Assembly: GCA_051362555.1 (NCBI GenBank)
Contig: CM120640.1
Span: 9,052,001 to 9,116,000 of the forward strand
Direction of reading: 5' to 3'
Length of the DNA: 64,000 nucleotides
DNA from: Lingula anatina
Lineage: Eukaryota > Animalia > Brachiopoda
Shown here: piece after piece, positions 25,301-39,905 of the stretch
Numbering within the stretch: the stretch's first letter is position 1
Layout of the letters: each line of letters opens with the position of its first letter
Position numbers and translations under genes: made by a program
The notes under the pieces: model-generated
Told to the model about the DNA's origin: nothing
Seen by the model: the letters and a program-made list of their open reading frames with translations, nothing else
Databases searched by the model: none

Positions 25301-28300
25301 CAATATAACATTTTAGTTTGGTAAAGAATCCAAGTGAAGGCATTAACTGCACTACCTTATGTCTTAAAAAGAATCACTTTATCCCTTGATATTATTTCAA
25401 TTCATTTTTATGGGCACCAGTCATTTAGAATCTAACCAAATAGTCTCATTGCTTGAGCAAGTCTAACATGAATTTTACAAAAGGGGGTGAGGCTGATTCA
25501 CATAGAAACAGGTCCAAAATAAGTCTAAATTTTAGTCCACATTGACCCAAGATAAAACAGTAATTGTCCAAAATTTTTAAATAAGAAAGACATACTGTAG
25601 ATACTGTTACAGACCAGTACAATACTCAGTTTCAGTGGACCACTTGGAATTTTTCTTGACCTGAAGTGGATAAAATTTTTGGTATAAAAGTGAAGACCCA
25701 TTTTAGCTGAAAGTTTTTATTTGTGAAAGCAGTCCCAGATAGTGGAAGTGATAAAGGCATAGGGAACACACAGTGGCAAGGTTCCTCATCAATGTAGTGG
25801 GTAGACTACGTCAGCCTAGTGTGACCCCACCTAAAGGTGTGAGAATTTCACAGCCTGTCAGCTCCTGTCAGACACACAGACAGGCAGGAGCACACTATAT
25901 TGATGTGCCATGAAAGATAGCTTAAACTACATCAAAAACAGAGTTTGTATGTAAGGGAAGGGTGTATTGTCGGAGGGAAAGATGGAGATGGTACTGCCAG
26001 GGTTATTATTGCTGATTATATGAAAAAAATCTTTTTTGAAAACAACAACATCTAACAGTGTCGGTACTATTCTGGTACTTCAGTATATATATTTGTTAAA
26101 TAATGTAGCATTTCATTGTTATACCAGAGTTAATAAAATTATGAAATGCTTTGTGTAACTTTAACATTATTGGCATCGTAAATGTAATTCTCAATGAAGT
26201 ATTAGCAGAAGTAGCATACTATTTTCTTTGTGAAAAGAGTTTGCAGGAGTTTGAAAGAAGGATTTATGTTGCTGCAACTTTGCTCAAAAGATATTCAGAT
26301 TCTTGCAGATTTACAGCAACTTTGCAAGAAGCCCCTCATTTGCATAAAATTTTGCTTCAGATTAGCAAGTATGGATCGATAATTTGGAGCAATTTTGCAA
26401 GAAATTTTGAAAAAACTAAAGCATTTTGCAAGAAATTTGTTTGGAACTAAGAATTATTATGATGACATAACTTTTTAATAAAGCCCTATGATAATACTTT
26501 TTGCTAGTGTAATAAATGATGTAGACAACAATTAGGTAGTCTTTTTGTTAGATATTAATGTATATATGTATATTCTTTAACTTTTATTCAAGTATTGCCC
26601 AATTATGATAATTACCCTTTCACAAATGACATGCTGTTTTTACAGACAATATTTTTAGCTCATCACAAGTTGACTTATATGTTCCACTAATATATCTAAA
26701 TGAGTATGCATGCCCACATGTTTTGTAGTAGATGTGTAGCCTAGAGGAAGGAAATGCCTACCGCAGTGGCTATTGACCGAGGCCAGTTATTTATTGCTTC
26801 CTATGGTGGCAGAAGTAGGGGCTTCTCTTCTTCTTCTTGACAGCTTTTCTTCTCCATTGCCACCCTGTGTGTCATAGCATTGCGAATGCATCTTTAATAT
26901 GGAAGCTTTTAATGTATAGCAGGACTGTTAAGAACGACATTGGGCTCTCAGGGCACTAGGCTCTGTCCCAAGATGTACAAGCTTAAAGGAGGTGAACCCC
27001 TCTCTCATCTCTGCAATGTTTAAATCTCTATTGCCAGGTAATCAGATGGCATCTTTCACATCCACTTGAACATGTTGACGTCTCAAGTGGTCTTTCTTCA
27101 TCTGTAGAAGAAGACCTAGACTGCCTTTGCCTTACATGGACCACTTCATTTTGACTTTACCATGTGTGTGTTTCATTTGCTTGATTTTTTTGAGAAACCA
27201 GAAACCAGAAACCCAAGTGATCATGTGTTCTATTAGTATTATGTCAACAAAGGAACATGCAAGTCAAGAACTTATTCAGATTAAAGCTCCTTAAATTTAT
27301 TTTTTATACTGACACCATATTGCTGTCGGATTCCTATTTGTTGCTAAATTGCCAGGATATTGTAGAAAAAAGGCTCTGTCCACTGTAACTTTACCAATTC
27401 TTCTGGTTGACCTGCCTCTTTGAAGACAGTTGACCTGTACTTTTGACTTCAAAAACTAACCTAGTGTCCTGCAATACTTTTTCTATGTGGCTGAGATTTG
27501 AATTAAGATGACAGAAACCATCACTGGCAGTCCACAAGTGCATGGAGAGGTTTGGTGGCTTTTTTGATAATGGACAGCGAGGTCCACTGTGGCCCTGGTA
27601 GTGACCTGTAAGAGTGGTCAGTGATCTGAAACTGTCAGTGGACATGGTCAGATGGGTTCGGTCAAGAGAAAAGAATGCTCCGATGCTGGATGGAATGTTG
27701 GCCGTGAATGGCGAACACTGTAAAAAAAGGAAATAAAACCGATCTTCAGTGACTTTTTGAATTGTAAGATACAATTTTTAGGCAGTTGATATCCAAAGAC
27801 AAGGATTTTATGGTGTGTGGTTTTGGAAGCAAAAAGTAATTGTTCATGCTAGAGATGGGCATGTTAACTATTTTACTTTTAGAATTAAAAAACATTTATG
27901 TGGCCAATATATAAAAAATATTTTTATCAAATAATATTTTCTTCTATAAAATTTCTTGAAGAACAAAGATATATTTTTTTTGGAAAGTCTGACTGGTAAT
28001 TGTGCATAATAAACAGCACAGTGTAATACATATTTAAGTGGATTGACCTTCTGAGAGAATGTTTAAATTTCTAATCCGGAGGTGGTCGTACCTTGCCTTA
28101 GTGACCAATCAGGTAGCCAGTACCACCAGGTGGCCAGCCAACCTCAGGTAACAGGTGCACGCCCCATTTCTCTTACATCAGTTCATTTCGGCAAATTAGG
28201 AAAGGGGCTATTCTCATACAACTGTATGTTATTGCTATGTGCCATTTCTGCATAAATCCTGTGTTTTGACCAGCCATGTACAAACTGACCACATACTCTC

Positions 28301-31300
28301 CCTGTTGTTTTGCTGACATTTGCCCCTTGGACAGGTGAGGCTAGTCAGTTTAGCCAGTTTTAAACAGGTGGAGAAAATTGATCCAGGTGTAAAAATGAAG
28401 GAAAGGGAAAAGAAAAGTTATTGGTGAAATAATGATGGATTGAAGACATTTAGGCTGGGCTTGGTTTTTATTTGAAAAATAAAAAAGCAAAGGGTGATTT
28501 ACAAGTGGCATGATTGATAACTGAAATGATAGAAGAAAAATTATTTCAACAAAAAGCATTTAATCAGCAAAATTGAAATATCACCCTTCTACACCATAAT
28601 CTTTTCTGCAGAAGAACGAAAATTGATCCAATAACAGGAAGTCCACTGGAAAAATATGATGGCAGGTAAATTGAATAAAAATGTAAGATTGAATTATGAG
28701 GAACTAGGTGCAAAACTCGGATGACATCTTAGGAGAAAATGAATACGGAGTGATATTTGATTTCTCTTTGTGTTTAACTTGCTGCGTGACAAGGCCCTCT
28801 TTCATTTCAGATTATGTAGTCAAATTATCCAACTGATACTCTTCGTGTGACATTTTATCCGTGGCGTGTTTCTTAATGAAAGAATTTATACACATGTATA
28901 CCTTGGTATTGAGCTACTTTGTCAGTTGGAGTGAGTTGAGATTCAGCATATATGAATGACTGGCCTACCTGTCAAACTGTTAAAGAGATACTATAAAACT
29001 TACAGGATCTAGAAGTAGCTCTCTAAAAATAACAGGCATGGAATGCAGATGGTGTACCTGTAACTAGATTATGGGTTATATTGGAGACGGCCATCATACA
29101 TAGGCCTATGATGTTTTTCCTGTATGCACGCCTGAATGCATCTCCTTCAAACACTTCATATTACTTCAAAGAAATGAGTTTATTTTCAATTTGCAGAACA
29201 AATATTACCCTAACTGGTATGTCAATTTCCGATCTGTTTTGAGACAATCATTGGACAAGGCGAGCTGGCTAGCATGACACTAGAAAATCAGAACTTAATT
29301 GTTCAGAAAGTTATTGTCTTTGGTCATGAGATCACTCGATCAGTTCTTGAAATTTGACACAATGTAAAGAACACCTCACTGGTCTGTGATTTTTTTCAGT
29401 TTTGGAAGCGTTCCTGAAAGAAGGTGAATAAGTACTTTGTGATTTTCAAACAAGTTAGGACCTGGGTTCATGACCACACATTTTTGTTGGTTCATTACTT
29501 TGTCTGCTGGCATCCATGCCCCAAGAGTGATATGATGGCTTTATGGGAACAGATGAGGGGCTTTGGGAGTCTTCTTTCTCTCCTTCTATCTCTCTTTCTT
29601 GCTCTTGTTCTCTCTCTCTCTCTCAAACTATTCATGAAATAGATCACACCCAAAAGGAATATACCATTGCTGAGATTTAAAGGCAATTTTACCATCAGGA
29701 TTTTTACACACAAATTTGAATATAACTTATAGATTTTATGTAGATTATGTGAATATCATTGCACTGGAAAAAGAAAAAAATGTATGTGATCAATACAACT
29801 CAAATGAAAAGAAAAGTCAAATCTCCACAAGGGTCTTTCGGATGAGGAAGAGCCATGTAATGCTGCGTAGCTTGGGAGAGAAGTCTTATAGGTTAAGTTA
29901 TGAGCATAACTTTCAACTTCAAAAAGTAATGTCACTCTTTTAGGTCTCCACAGTCCTCTACTGCAGACTGCTACCAGTTAAATATTGACAGTGGCATTCA
30001 GTAGTAGGTCACGTGCATGTATGTTATTACTCTTATTCCTTTGAAATTGTTTTTGAAAATATCTTAAGTTATGAATACAAATATAAAGAACACAAGTCAT
30101 GTGGATCTTATCGAGGGTATACATAGACACCGTGGTCTGCATATATTGATCTCCTTTCTGTTCTCTTGCTGGGTTCAGCTTGCAGTAGTTTAGCTCATAA
30201 GAAGATAACAAGACCTATGATGTGTTCATTGTAGTCTGTCTATTGTGTCTAATCTTCTTATCATTGCCAAGCCAGGAAACTATCCAAGGGATGATACAGT
30301 AAATGCTATTAGGGCCCCATGTTCCAGATCATTATTCCAACATCAACTGGCATGTTAATACAACATTGAGAACCCAGGTTGACAGTTCAATTGTTCAGTC
30401 CAGCGGCCTAAATTGTCATCTGAACAAAGTGATTGATAGGTGTGAAGGGGATGATGCAGGGGATTCTTTCCTGGTTCATTAGATGCTGCCTAGATTGCTT
30501 TTAAAATAGTCATTTACATGGCATAAATGAGGTGAAAAAAAGGATGTGAATCAGATGTGACTCACTGTCCTCTTTACTTAGTCTTATTCGACAATATTTG
30601 GAAAGTATTTTCAAATGAATCCTCAGTGAAAAAAGTGAAAGAGACCTTGTTTGAAGTGCTCTGCTAGATATGGGCACTTCATAAAAATCAGTTAAACACA
30701 CTGACTGTGAAAGTTATGTTCCTTTAATGGGTGTTTATTTACAGTTAATTAGCCGTATCTTTAATTTTTGCTTGAGCTTCTTCTACCAGCACGTATTCTC
30801 ACTATTTCTGACAAAATCCCATTTTCTTTGTGTGCTTTAATTGATTTATCAGAGATGCAGGTTTTTTCTTGAGAAGGCAAAACATATAACACACAAAAAG
30901 TTTCCTGCCTCCAACAGAATTGAGTGATTCTAATAACTGCAGTGGGAGTCTAGGCAGGCAAATAGATGTGGTAGGACTTCAAAGAGACACTCATTCTAAA
31001 CATGGAAATTTATGGACTGGCAGCACAGGCCCATAAACTTGAAGTGCTGACTTTATTAAAGGTGCATAAATCAATACTAATTTAATAAAAGGTAGTAAAA
31101 AGTGGAGTTGAAAAACCATAAAATGTCCTATTGTGTAAACCCATCAAGTTCTCATCAGTTGCTTAGTAATGACCAATAATTCAATTTTCATGCCATCATC
31201 GTTCTTATTTGTCTCTTAATAGAAACTTTCATGTCATTATAAGCAATATAACCATGGCAAAAGACTATTATTTCCCAGTTCCTGATTGCTAAAGAATTGA

Positions 31301-31467
31301 AACTGTTTAAATGTCAATCCATACAGTTTTAAATTTTGAATGAATGGTGTGAGAAGTTTCACACCATGGTTTTTATTACTTGTTGATTTGTGGCTCAGGG
31401 CATCAAAGAGAAAATTACATAAACGTACACTTTTTATCATTCCTTTTATTTTTCACAATGAAAGATA

Positions 31468-31571
31468 TATTATTCATAATAGCACAGAAATTTTAGGAGG
31501 GTTTTAAATCTCTGAAATATATTATTCATAATAGCATAAACATTTTAGGAGGGATTTAGATCTCTAAAATA
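31468..31571. repeat. Degenerate 52-bp tandem duplication
   Basis: TATTATTCATAATAGCA...TTTTAGGAGGG..TTA.ATCTCT.AAAT starts at 31468 and again at 31520. Confidence 0.75.
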
Positions 31572-34500
31572 TCCAAGAGACTTTTTTGTGATTTTTTTTT
31601 TTTTTTTTTTTTTTTGTAAAAAAAGATTTAATGAAATTGTACAATCACGAAGCATACATTGGTATAAAAGAAAGAAGTCCTAAATCACAGCTGCAATGAG
31701 TTTTCTAATGTCATAGATTTATTCTAAGTGATGATTTTAGTGCTTTGCATGTTAAGTTCTCCAAAATTGAACAGCTTCTAAAATTCTTTCATTACTAGTA
31801 TTTAGTTGTGCAACATTATATGCTCTTTCTTCACAAAGTGCTGGAAGCTTGCACTTATACTAATTATTCTAAGAGATATGTGTGTGAACCCTAGTCTGGT
31901 ATTGCATGATGGTTGTTATGTGTGCAATACCAGAAGTTTAGTACCTGATTCAAAGCAAGGCAGTTATTGTACATTTCAATTTAAATGCATATCGTCTGTC
32001 TCTCAGATGCTGCTCATTAGCAAGAATAGCATGTCAAAGCTTGTACCCAGACTTATGATGAATTTCCACAATAAATTGAAAAAAGCTCTTGTTTGGTATT
32101 AATATGCAATGCCTCAAGTTATGGTACATTAAGCCAAGTGACTGGAGGTTCAATTAGAGAATGGAATATACCTACTGAGTCACTGTTTTTTTAGCTACAG
32201 CACGAGTTTTTGATATTTTAGGTGTTTTTTTTACTGCATATGCACTTCTTCCCAGATCCATATTTAATTAAATCAGTAGAAATCTGAAAATGGATTGAAT
32301 GCATGAACAGTTTTGGGAATGAATCAGTCTTAGGGGGATTAGTATTAACCGCAGCTTATCTTGCACATGGATTTTTTTTGTCAGCTTGAAACCTTGCGTT
32401 TTTCTTAAGATCTGTATTCTAAAGCTCTCCTTATCTTCACCTGGTCTTGCCAATTTGTTCTTTGAATGAAGCAGCTATGGAATTTTTTTTCTCTTAAACG
32501 GTTCATCAAATTATCATCACATCTTCACACAATTCCAGCCTTTGTTGAGGTGTCATTCTGTCAGAATTTGTCACTTTCCAAAGCTGTCTTCTATTTCCAC
32601 CAAGTGCAGGTCTGGTTATGATAAAAATAACCCCTTTGTTGTCTGCTAATATGGAAGGTGATTGTATTTCCAGTTGAATAAAAAGGGAGTCAAAGGATGC
32701 ACATGCTCATTGTTGTAGTTCTGGTTCTGTCCACTGGGCTGTCAAAATGGCCAGCATTTTTATCAGATCTGGTTACAGAAATATTACAAAAAGTCATTTA
32801 TTTGTATTCCGCCGAGAGAATCTTGTGTCATATATGAGTTGGAAGTAAATCATTCTCCACAGATTTCTTTGACCATGCCAGATGCCCGGGCCCCATGTGC
32901 CACGGAGTCTGACCAGTGGTCAAGGAGTGATAACCCCAGGAGCTTTTAATTACTGACCATACCAATTATAATTACTGTAATTGATCTGTTAATTTTTATC
33001 TCCTGATCACGCTGGTGACCACTGCTAATCAGCACTGACCATTGCCCAGTATCTCCAAGCCACTGACTCAGCCACAGTGACCAGTAGATAGTTGTAGTGC
33101 ACATGAAACTCGCTGTGCTCAACTTTAAGAAAAAAAAATTTTCTGGATCTTGTTAACAAATTTACAGCAACACACCTCTCATTCCAGTAGATAATTAGTA
33201 CATCTACCCGGGCGCAGCATTGGTTCTTGGGATCAAAGAGAGAAATTAACTTGACTCAGAGAATCTGGCAACTTCAGAAAAAAGCTGCCTCATTTGATAC
33301 TGACCTTGAGGGATTAAGAACATACAAGTAACTTTGCACCTTAGCTAACCTTTATTTCCAGACAGAACTTGAGGAGGTTTCTACTTTGTGATTATCTGTG
33401 CTATTGTGCGTTATGGAAATCACTGAGTCATTGTTTCATGTTCTGGTCCGAGGGGCACTAGGGGGCCCTGGGGAGTCCTAACAGCCACTGGGGAGGGGAG
33501 AAGATTTACTGGGATGTCAGAAACATTGAATGAAATGCCAAATTTTCTAAACCATGTTAAAAAATTTAAAGTTGAAGATTAGGAGGCATTAGTTATGTTT
33601 TATTGTACACTTTAAAAACATTATCCTGCCTCCAAAGACTTCACATGTATGTTGAAAATCTGCTGTATTCCCTGTTGAAGATTTTCTCATCTCATGAGGG
33701 AGGTCTGGTGTATAAAACCAACCAGCAAAGCCAATATAGAAAGTTGTTACTGTCTGTTACAAGGCGCCAAGCTTCTATGTAATATCCCTTTTTTATTCTC
33801 TCCCAACCTGTTTAGTCCATCCTTCATCCACCAGAACTTCTCTGGCACCAGTGCGGCCACGTCTTTTTACACACAAAAAACTTGATTATCCCATTAATCA
33901 AAGTATAATTGGCATGGTGCTGGCTCCATTGGTTATGTAAAATGGCAAATTGGTACCAGGCAGACTCCTGACCTTGCTAGTGGGGTTTATTTTTTAACAT
34001 TCTGGGTGACCAGCTGTTGTTTGATTGAGGATTAATAATACATTATGGTGGATTTATAGTTTGGTCATTATTATTACATTGAAGTTTTGAATTAGGATCA
34101 TATTTTCATTCATATTTAAGGATCTAGACTATGCAAGAAATAATTGACTGTCTATACTTTTTATTGCTTTTCAAATATAAGCTATGAATTTGGAGAATGA
34201 TAAAGTAAAAATATGAACATTTTTTGGTAGTGACATACAAAATAAAGTGGCTTTATTTTATCATGTATTTTCATATTTTTTCATAACTGGTGCAGTAGAT
34301 TCTGCAGGTGTCTTCCATGTACAGAGATCCTATTGGAGAATTTTGACATCTTCCATCATATCACTGCTGATTGCAGCCAGCTTGCCACAATGGGCTGCTC
34401 ATACTGAACATTGCCCAGATAACCCGATCATTCTGACTTTTTTCAAGGCATTCGTTATGAGAGATAGGAAGCACACTTCAAGCTGGTTGAAATCTGCCAG

Positions 34501-35765
34501 CATTCCTGGGCCGAAAGCTGCTATCTCATCCATAAAGCTATGAAGCATGAGCAGATAGTGGGGCTAAAGAGATCACATATTTTCCACTTACCCTAGCAGA
34601 TGGTGCATGAACAAAATTTAATTGTGTCCAGTACTGTGGCTCAGCTCTTATTGATGACATTTGCTTTCTCTCACCTTTGCATATAGGGGAAAATAGGAGA
34701 AAATGCTGTTTGCTAAGCCCATGGTATTATAGTTTGCTGCTAAATGAAGTTGTTCCATTAAACATAACAAACATGACGGAAGACCTAAACCAGGGGTTCT
34801 AGTTTCTCTCCTTCCCAAATTAATGCAGTACGTGTTTTTTCTTTTCGTTTTAACACTGGGTTTTGGTTTGCTACCACAATTTGTTCTTTCTTATTTCTAC
34901 AACAAGGTCTCTATAACACTCATTAAAATCAAAACCCAAGAACCCCAAGTGTTCTTATGTCCTACTACAGAATAATGAAGTATTTTATCCTGGCATTCTC
35001 AGAGAGTAAAATGACGAGGGCATGATCTCTGTGTTTTAAGCTGCCAGTCCCTTAAGGCTCACCAGTGTCTATGCCTCTGTGTGTATACTACATTAACTGC
35101 ATTAAATACCAGGTGATTATTTTATCACCACTCCACTGATGCAGGTACATGCACACAGTGTTTGGGGTATTTCTACCTGTCAGGGTCCTGATTTGGTGAT
35201 TTATAGACCTGACATTTCACATGGTACTAGTGTCTAGCCATGGGCTCCATTCATCTCTGTAACCCCGTTTTTCATCCAAGGGATCTGGATTTTATAGTGT
35301 AAAAGATAAAATAAAAGTTGTTGGTCTTGCAGTATTGGTCCAGTAAGTGGAACTCCTCTAAGATATTGTTTATATCCGTCTTCAGTTATTGTATTGTTTC
35401 TAGTGTTTTATTGTATACTTGGATAACATAACAATGTCTATATTGTCAGCCTATCAGCAAGTTGCCAAGGTGACTCTATTGCCACAAGAGAAATATGACT
35501 GTGAAGCAAAAATATGCTTCACCAGAATTTATGCCTAGTCATAAAAGTTGTAGTGTGAAGGGTAAACTTGAGTTAGCCTCTAAGCTTGGAATGTTACATC
35601 ACATTACATGGTTTCCTCAGTCAAAGCTGTGTTAAAATCAATTTTGTTTCTCAAGAAAAGGCGTCCTAACATAAAAACAGTACATTGTTCAAGCCCCATA
35701 AGTTTGCTTTCTTCATTATTGCAGTGTACAAGATTTGGCTGGAGGTGGCAACTTTAATATTAGTA

Positions 35766-38700
35766 ATTGTACCACCAGCGTTAGCGCTGGCGGTACACAT
35801 GGTTTCGGTCCCGTCCGGATCGTTCCGCCGGCTCCGCCGGCTCCGTTGGCTCCGCCGGCTCCGCCGGCTCCGCCGGACGGCTACCGTTACCGCTTCTCCT
35901 CCTAGACGGTAAGGGCCCCCGTACCCATCTCATGGATTTAGGTCACCTATAATCTCAACTCGTTCCACGTAAAATTTGGGCTTTGTCGGTATTGGGGTCT
36001 GGGTGTGGCACTCATTGCAATGCACCCTTGTCTAAAAATGGCAAAATTAAATGCTAATTATCTACCCTACGGAAGGAGTTATGGGAATAATTTCTATAGA
36101 CGGCTTTCCAAAAGTCATATGTGTAGATTTCAAATATACCCTTGGATTTGACCTTTGACCTTTACTTCAAGGTCAAATGGGCCAAAATTTTCAAAAAAAT
36201 TAAATTTTTTACGAAAAAAATTTTTTTTGCCCTGTTATTCAGACACCACACAGACTTAACCAATAATATTATTGGAAGGTGTTACCCTTCAGGTCATCTT
36301 TCATCTCCATGAATTTGGGGTCAATCGGTGCATTTTCACGGGAGTAGCGGCCATAAGATACCGAAACTGAAAACTGTCTCTAATTCGGGAACCGTTAATG
36401 CTAGAGACCCATTCTTTTTTGCATTTTGTAGAGCATGTAAAGCCCAACACTGGAGGTGGTCTCGGTTTTTTTGTATTCCATACGGTTTTCGAGTTACGCT
36501 GTATCAAAAAGTACATATTGGTGGTAAAAGCAAAATGTGCAGTACAGTAATGGATAATAAATTTTGAACTCTGGAAAAATAAAACATAAGGCTTGGCAAA
36601 GCAGACAACTTGTGTTCAAAAATGACATTATTTCATCAAATTTGAACTTCTGAAACTTCAGAGCACCTCCTATTTCAAGAATTTTGACCAAAATGACATT
36701 TTCTTTATTTTAATTAATTTTTTCTGTACGAAATTTAAGGCACATTATGGTAACTCCAAAATTATAACATTTAGTCCCTTATATCTCCAAAACTGGCAGA
36801 GATAGGTCCATAGTTACTATTGAAGTTGAATAGGAAGTCATATACTGGCAATCTTACTATGACCTTGAAAGTGACCTTTGACCTACTTTTCACCATGAAC
36901 TGAACTTTGCAAATTTTTCTTCCCTTTTATCTCCAAAACTGGCAGAGATAGGTCCATAGTTACTATTGAACTTGAATAGGAAGTCATATACTGGCAATCT
37001 AAATGTGACCTTAAAATTGACCTTTGACCTACTTTTCACCATAAACTGAACTTTGCAAAATTTGCTTCCCTTTTATCTCCAAAACTGGCAGAGATAGGTC
37101 CATAGTTACTATTGAACTTGAATAGGAAGTCATATACTGGCAATCTAAATGTGACCTCAAAATTGACCTTTGACCTACTTTTCACCATAAACTGAACTTT
37201 GCAAATTTTGCTTCCCTTTTATCTCCAAAACTGGCAGAGATAGGTCCATAGTTACTATTGAACTTGAATAGGAAGTCATATACTGGCAATCTAAATGTGA
37301 CCTTGAAATTGACCTTTGACCTACTTTTCACCATGAACTAAATTTTGCAAATTTTGCTTCCCTTTTATCTCCAAAACTGGCAGAGATAGGTCCATAGTTA
37401 CTATTGAACTTGAATAGGAAGTCATATACTGGCAATCTAAATGTGACCTTGAAATTGACCTTTGACCTACTTTTCACCATGAACTGAACTTTGCAAATTT
37501 TGCTTTCCTTTTATCTCCAAAACTGGCAGAGATAGGTCCATAGTTACTATTGAACTTGAATAGGAAGTCATATACTGGCAATCTAAATGTGACCTTAAAA
37601 TTGACCTTTGACCTACTTTTCACCATAAACTGAACTTTGCAAAATTTGCTTCCCTTTTATCTCCAAAACTGGGAGAGATAGGTCCATAGTTACTATTGAA
37701 CTTGAATAGGAAGTCATATACTGGCAATCTAAATGTGACCTCAAAATTGACCTTTGACCTACTTTTCACCATAAACTGAACTTTGCAAATTTTGCTTCCC
37801 TTTTATCTCCAAAACTGGCAGAGATAGGTCCATAGTTACTATTGAACTTGAATAGGAAGTCATATACTGGCAATCTAAATGTGACCTTGAAATTGACCTT
37901 TGACCTACATTTCACCATGAACTAAATTTTGCAAATTTTGCTTCCCTTTTATCTCCAAAACTGGCTGAGATAGGTCCATAGTTACTATTGAACTTGAATA
38001 GGAAGTCATATACTGGCAATCTAAATGTGACCTTGAAATTGACCTTTGACCTACTTTTCACCATGAACTGAACTTTGCAAATTTTGCTTTCCTTTTATCT
38101 CCAAAACTGGCAGAGATAGGTCCATAGTTACTATTGAACTTGAAAAGGAAGTCATATACTGGCAATCTAAATGTGACCTTAAAATTGACCTTTGACCTAC
38201 TTTACACCATAAACTGAATTTTGCAAATTTTGCTTTCCTTTTATCTCCAAAACTGGCTGAGATAGGTCCGTAGTTACTATTGAACTTGAATAGGAAGTCA
38301 TATACTGGCATTATAAATGTGACATTAAAATTGACCTTTGTCCTACTTTTCACCATAAACTGAACTTTGCAAATTTTGCTTCCCTTTTATCTCCAAAACT
38401 GGCAGAGATAGGTCCATAGTTACTATTGAACTTGAATAGAAAGTCATATACTGGCAATCTAAATGTGACCTTGAAATTGACCTTTGACCTACTTTTTATC
38501 ATGAACTGAACTCTGCTAATTTCTTTCTCTTTTAACTTCAAACTTGACAGAGATAGGTCCATAGTTACTCTTGAATTTGAATAGGAAGTCATATACTGGC
38601 AATTTACTGTGACCTTGAAATTGACCCTTGACCTACCTTACGAAGAACTTAAATTTGATTGTACCATATATATTTTTTGCAATAGTTTAAAAATTCTTGT

Positions 38701-38842
38701 TGATTGCATTTTTACAGCTTGTCAAGCACAAAACTGGTGGCTATGTCCCTTATTTTGTGTATGTGGGGGTCTATACGAATGCGCTTGCTCCAGCTGGTGG
38801 TACAATATTCGGAGGCGGTATCGCCTCTCTGATCCTCTAGTT
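35766..38842 (+). mobile_element. Non-autonomous Helentron/Helitron2-type element (HINE-like), copy 1
   Basis: Perfect 14-bp subterminal IR ATTGTACCACCAGC (35766-35779) / GCTGGTGGTACAAT (38793-38806). Also a 5' hairpin GTACCACCAGCG-TTAG-CGCTGGCGGTAC, a 9-bp GCTCCGCCG microsatellite, an internal satellite array, a 3' hairpin GAGGCG-GTAT-CGCCTC (38812-38827) and a CTAGTT end. No TSD. Near-identical to copy 2. Confidence 0.88.
36776..38640. repeat. 146-bp tandem satellite array (12 full units plus a diverged partial) inside HINE copy 1
   Basis: TCTCCAAAACTGG recurs at 36784, 36930, 37076 ... 38390 with an exact 146-bp period; the diverged last unit begins near 38536. Confidence 0.95.
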
Positions 38843-39905
38843 TTTTCTAGTGAAGCAGTTTGAAAGGTTCACATATTAATGAAAATTTTGAAAGGTCTCT
38901 CTCTGTCAGCTGGCCAGGGTGCATTATGTGTCTGTGGTCTGTCAGCTGAGTGGTTACTTGGGTTCATGCTGGCTGTGTTGATGCTGTCACATATGCAGAC
39001 AGGAGGAGGCAACTGTTCTCTTGATCATGGACAGGCGAGGAGTATGCCCTTTCATAGTCTTGTCACTTTAATTGCTTATGTTGAGCACTGCAATTAAATA
39101 AACTAAAACAAAAGGTCAGGTGCATTAACGTCTCAAATTAATAGGCGCTGGTAAACTAGTGAACCCTGTTTATGATTTTAAAGAGTATTAACATAATAAA
39201 CAAGTGTGATTTGTGGTAGACTAAATGTTCCTGGTTATACAGAGAGGCTTAAACATTAACAAACATTATCCCTAACCATAGTTAACATGTACTATATATG
39301 TCATGAAAAATAAACATGGGTATTTTTGGTTAACAGCAATTCGCTTTTTTATTATCTGTTTTCTTTCTTTTTGTTTCTTTCTTTTTTAATTAACAGTTTT
39401 ACAACATGTTCTATTGAAGCTGCTTTTACCAAAAAAAATATATACTCTCCCATGTCTCTGCTCCCCCCCCCCAACCTGTTCTCTACCCAGCAGCTCTTTG
39501 TCAGCCTTCACTGAACTAATGGCTGCATGGTTAAACTGGCTCTGTACAGGTTCACACCATGTTTCAACACAAAATGTGATTCATTACAAAAGTTTATGTA
39601 AGATAGTATAAGATAGTATCTGGGGATTGACAGGCCAGGCAGGCCTTTCCACCTTGAGAGGAAGTTGGGCATGAAATGAGTCCATGTTCTAATATTGCAC
39701 ACAGAGCACTTGACTGGCCCCATTCCAAATCCTTTGAAGTCTGCAGAACACTGAGGCAGGCAGGCAAGCCAATGGGGTTTTGCAAATATTGATGTCTTCC
39801 CCTATTTGCGCTGTCCAGATAGGTTTTCTCAGTACTTGTTGCTGCAGTATCGGTGCACTAAATACCCAGGAGTGTCTGATGTGAGATGTATTGACTACTT
39901 TCATT

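Noticed and set aside
26150-26450. Region with recurring TTGCAAGAA-like motifs and a 99-aa ORF
   Set aside because: Probably an old MITE remnant, but no termini or TSD could be defined.
27391-27774. 127-aa minus-strand ORF with a plausible acceptor near 27718
   Set aside because: No recognisable domain and no partner exons found; it cannot be supported without transcript data.
35685-35912. ORF with RRLRRLRWLRRLRRLRR resembling a protamine or cationic peptide
   Set aside because: It is the translation of the 9-bp GCTCCGCCG microsatellite at the 5' end of the HINE and crosses the element boundary.
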